A stretch of 64,000 nucleotides of DNA, from assembly GCA_963823665.1 (NCBI GenBank), contig CAWGMQ010000011.1, positions 1,088,001 through 1,152,000 of the forward strand. Reading direction: 5' to 3'. Of the stretch, positions 61,109-64,000 are shown piece after piece; position 1 is the stretch's first letter; each line of letters starts with the position of its first letter. This stretch comes from an uncultured Planctomycetota bacterium (GTDB lineage Bacteria; Planctomycetota; Planctomycetia; Isosphaerales; Isosphaeraceae). The notes under the pieces were generated by a model. That model was not told the DNA's origin, made no database searches, and saw nothing but the letters and a program-made list of their open reading frames with translations. The translations under genes were made by a program, and so were the position numbers.

Positions 61109-64000
61109 TCATCCAAAAAGAGACTGCCACGCCTTGGGCTTGCCGGTCACCTGTGCGAGCGCCAGATTGTCGATCAACTGGTCGCGCAAATCGCTGACGT
61201 CCGCAGTCGGCGGCACGATCGACACGACGACTCCCCCCGAACGGACCGTTGGGGCCCCTTTGCTGGCGGAGCTTCTCCACCCACCCAGGATCGCTTCGTC
61301 GATCGCCGCCAGGCTGCTCGCCAACGAGCTCGAGGGATGCACGCTCGCAGCGGAAACATCCGATTGAGCCGTTGCCGCACGACCCGGAGAGCTCGAGCTC
61401 GATCCGTGGCCTTGCCCCTGGAACGACGACGTAGCGGCAAGGGCGCTCAGTGTTTCGGATCCAGACGGCGGGTCGGGATCGAAGAACAGCCCGCTCACCA
61501 CCGCATTGGGGCCGGCCGTGCGCGTGAACGTGATCAACACGTTCCCCGATATCGTCCAGGTCAGATACTCTCCACTCGCGAAATTCGACACACTCTGCGT
61601 ATTCAGCACGGCACTTGTATTGGCGTCGGAGAGCGTCACAGTCTCCGCACGGTGCGACGCGTCGTAGTCAAGGAAATAGAGCTCGAGGTTGTAAGCCTGG
61701 CCGGAGGCCACGTTCACATCGACCGTGAAGCTCGTGGCCGAATACCAGACAGCCGCAACACGACTCGTCCCGGACGGCGGTACCTCGAGGGCCTGCTGGG
61801 TTGACGGCGACGGGGTCGACCACGTGTATTCCTGCTCGCCGGCCGGCGCGATCGTGGCGTACGCCGGATCTTTCACGCTGCTGGCGACCAGGCTATACCC
61901 ATCCGATCCGTAGACGTTGATCCAGTTCCCCTTCGTCGAGGTATCGGAGCCGACAAAACTCGCCGTGGCCGAACCAGGAGGCGGAGGTGGCGGCGGCGGC
62001 GGAGGTGGCACAGGAGTCGTGGGATCGAAGAATAGTCCGTTCAGCACCGCATTGGCGCCGGCCGTCCGCGTGATCGTGATCAGCACGTTCCCCGATATCG
62101 TCCAGGTCAGATACTCTCCGCTCGCGAAATTCGACGCGCTCTGCGTGTTCAGCACCGCACTCGTATTGGCGTCGGACAGCGTCACTGTCTCCGCGCGCCC
62201 CGAGGCGTCGTAGTCGAGCAGATAGAGCTCGAGGTTGTACTCCTGGCCCGTGGCCACGTTCACATCGACCGTGAAGCTCGTGGCCGAATACCAGACAGCC
62301 GCAACACGACTCGTCCCCGACGGCGGTACCTCGAGGGCCTGCTGGGTTGCCGGCGACGGGGTCGACCACGTGTATTCCTGCTCGCCGGCCGGCGTGATCG
62401 TGGCGTACGCCGGATCTTTCACGCTGCTGGCGACCAGGCTATACCCATCCGATCCGTAGACGTTGATCCAGTTGCCCTCCGTTGAGGTGTCGCTCTTGAC
62501 GAAGACCGCGGTCGCTCCCGACGCCGATGTGATCACGCCGGTTGAGACGGGAACGAACGTGTAGGTGTAATTGTTGCCGGAGTTGCCGTCGGTGACGGTG
62601 CCGCTGGGCGTGAGAGTCAACCCTGTACCCACATTCGGCGTATTGTACGTTTCGATGAAGTTGGCCGAATCGCCCGGGGCAATGCTTCCGGAGGTGATCG
62701 TGGGAATGGCCGCGGCGGAGGTGGTTCCGTCGTAAGTCTTGGTGTTGGTCACGGCGGTAACGGTGAGCGCCCGCGCCGTGATCGTGCCCAACGATGCCGC
62801 AACATACGAGTACGTGTAGTTCTTGCCCGAGTTGCCGTCGTTCACCGCGCCGCCGGGGGTCAGCGTCAGGCCGCTGCCCACGTTTCTGGTCGAGTAAGTC
62901 TCGATGAAGCCGGCGGTGTCGCCGGGCATCACGGTGCCCGAAGTGATCGTGGGAACCGTCGTCGCGGACGTTGTGCCGTCGTAGGTCTTGCTGTTGGCCG
63001 CGGCCGTCACCGTCAGGGCCTCGGCCGTGATCGTGCCGGAGGAAGCCGCAACATACGAGTACGTGTAGTTCTTGCCCGAATTGCCGTCGTTCACCACACC
63101 GCTGGGGGTCAGCGTCAGGCTGCTGCCCACGTTCTTGCTCGAGTACGCGTCGGTGAAACCGGCTGTGTCGCCGGGCATCACCGTACCCGCGGTGATCGTG
63201 GGCACCGTCGCTGCTGCGGTTGTGCCGCTGTACGTCTTGGTGTTGGCGGCCGCGGTGATCGTGAGCGACTCTGGCGAGATCGTGAAGCTGGTCGAGCTGC
63301 TGGCCGTCGGATAATTCGTGCTGCCAGGGAAGGTGGCGACGACTGTGTACGTTCCTTCGTTGCGCGGTGCGGTGCTGCCCAGATTCGTTCCGCCGGTCCC
63401 GGTCCCCGCGTAATAATCAAAGTTGATACCTTCTCCCTGCAGCGTGTCGTAGGGAGGTCCGTCATTGGGTGTGATCGTGGCGGAGGCCGCAAACGGCAAC
63501 CCGTCATACGTGCCGCTCGCATCCGTGACACTTACCGTCGGCGGGCTCGTGGCGGTGGCGGGATCGAAGAATAGTCCGCTCAGCACCGCATTGGCGCCGG
63601 CTGTCCGCGTGATCGTGATCAGGACGTTACCCGATATCGTCCAGACCAGATACTCTCCGCTCGTGAAATTCGACACGCTCTGCGTGTTGAGCACGGCATT
63701 CGATTTGGCGTCGGAGAGCGTCACCGTCTCCGCACGGTGCGACGCGTCGTAGTCGAGGAAATAGAGCCCGAGGTTGTACTCCTGGCCCCCGGCCACGTTC
63801 ACATCGACCGTGAAGCTGGTGGCCGAATACCAGACGGCCGCAACACGACTCGCCCCGGACGGCGGTACCTCGAGGGCCTGCTTGGTTGTCAGCGACGGGG
63901 TCGACCACGTGTATTCCTGCTCGCCGGCCGGCGTGATCGTGGCATGGGCCGGATTGACCACGCTGCTGGCGACCAAGTCATAGCCGTCGGATCCGTAGAC
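61109..64000 (-). CDS. Gene C (3' part, continues beyond window): third paralogous surface protein with ~185-aa repeats and YDG-like modules
   Basis: Open frame to the window edge with the same repeat domain, SKTYDGTT modules and a related C-terminal tail. Confidence 0.85.
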   Translation of the reverse strand, partial: VYGSDGYDLVASSVVNPAHATITPAGEQEYTWSTPSLTTKQALEVPPSGASRVAAVWYSATSFTVDVNVAGGQEYNLGLYFLDYDASHRAETVTLSDAKSNAVLNTQSVSNFTSGEYLVWTISGNVLITITRTAGANAVLSGLFFDPATATSPPTVSVTDASGTYDGLPFAASATITPNDGPPYDTLQGEGINFDYYAGTGTGGTNLGSTAPRNEGTYTVVATFPGSTNYPTASSSTSFTISPESLTITAAANTKTYSGTTAAATVPTITAGTVMPGDTAGFTDAYSSKNVGSSLTLTPSGVVNDGNSGKNYTYSYVAASSGTITAEALTVTAAANSKTYDGTTSATTVPTITSGTVMPGDTAGFIETYSTRNVGSGLTLTPGGAVNDGNSGKNYTYSYVAASLGTITARALTVTAVTNTKTYDGTTSAAAIPTITSGSIAPGDSANFIETYNTPNVGTGLTLTPSGTVTDGNSGNNYTYTFVPVSTGVITSASGATAVFVKSDTSTEGNWINVYGSDGYSLVASSVKDPAYATITPAGEQEYTWSTPSPATQQALEVPPSGTSRVAAVWYSATSFTVDVNVATGQEYNLELYLLDYDASGRAETVTLSDANTSAVLNTQSASNFASGEYLTWTISGNVLITITRTAGANAVLNGLFFDPTTPVPPPPPPPPPPPGSATASFVGSDTSTKGNWINVYGSDGYSLVASSVKDPAYATIAPAGEQEYTWSTPSPSTQQALEVPPSGTSRVAAVWYSATSFTVDVNVASGQAYNLELYFLDYDASHRAETVTLSDANTSAVLNTQSVSNFASGEYLTWTISGNVLITFTRTAGPNAVVSGLFFDPDPPSGSETLSALAATSSFQGQGHGSSSSSPGRAATAQSDVSAASVHPSSSLASSLAAIDEAILGGWRSSASKGAPTVRSGGVVVSIVPPTADVSDLRDQLIDNLALAQVTGKPKAWQSLFG
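61472..62510. repeat. Two tandem ~546-bp copies of the same coding repeat (gene C); a further copy at ~63560-64000
   Basis: cgtagacgttgatccagtt at ~61910 and ~62456; linker of 11 Pro. Confidence 0.9.

Noticed and set aside
1378..63983. Numerous plus-strand and alternate-frame ORFs (e.g. 1378..2793, 11643..13130, 41426..42931, 48662..50413)
   Set aside because: Shadow ORFs of GC-rich, repetitive minus-strand genes, with no recognisable motifs.

Overview
GC-rich bacterial DNA, most likely Planctomycetota (Isosphaeraceae-like; inferred from LE[P/R]RxLL N-terminal motifs and planctomycete-type ECF remnants). All credible genes are on the minus strand. About 90% of the window is three co-oriented giant surface/adhesin-like genes. 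Gene A (45216->2623) is about 14,200 codons once 13 small indels and one in-frame TGA are bridged. Gene B (59386->46259) is about 4,375 aa with 4 indels. Gene C is seen only as its 3' end (>64000->61109). A and B start with the planctomycete LE[P/R]RxLL motif. All three end in the same cassette: YDG-type stalk modules, near-identical ~185-aa domains joined by poly-proline linkers, and a conserved C-terminal tail. The A and B copies are colinear over ~2.8 kb, including two hairpins beyond the stop codon. All six clear +1 frameshifts are GGTCTC->GGTTCTC, which suggests modified-base sequencing errors rather than real decay. Smaller genes are argJ, an SDR oxidoreductase, a small membrane protein and a lipoprotein-like acyl-carrier-protein homologue whose phosphopantetheine Ser is replaced by Glu. 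Two ECF-sigma remnants lie between genes B and A. Domain names come from motif recognition, not database searches.
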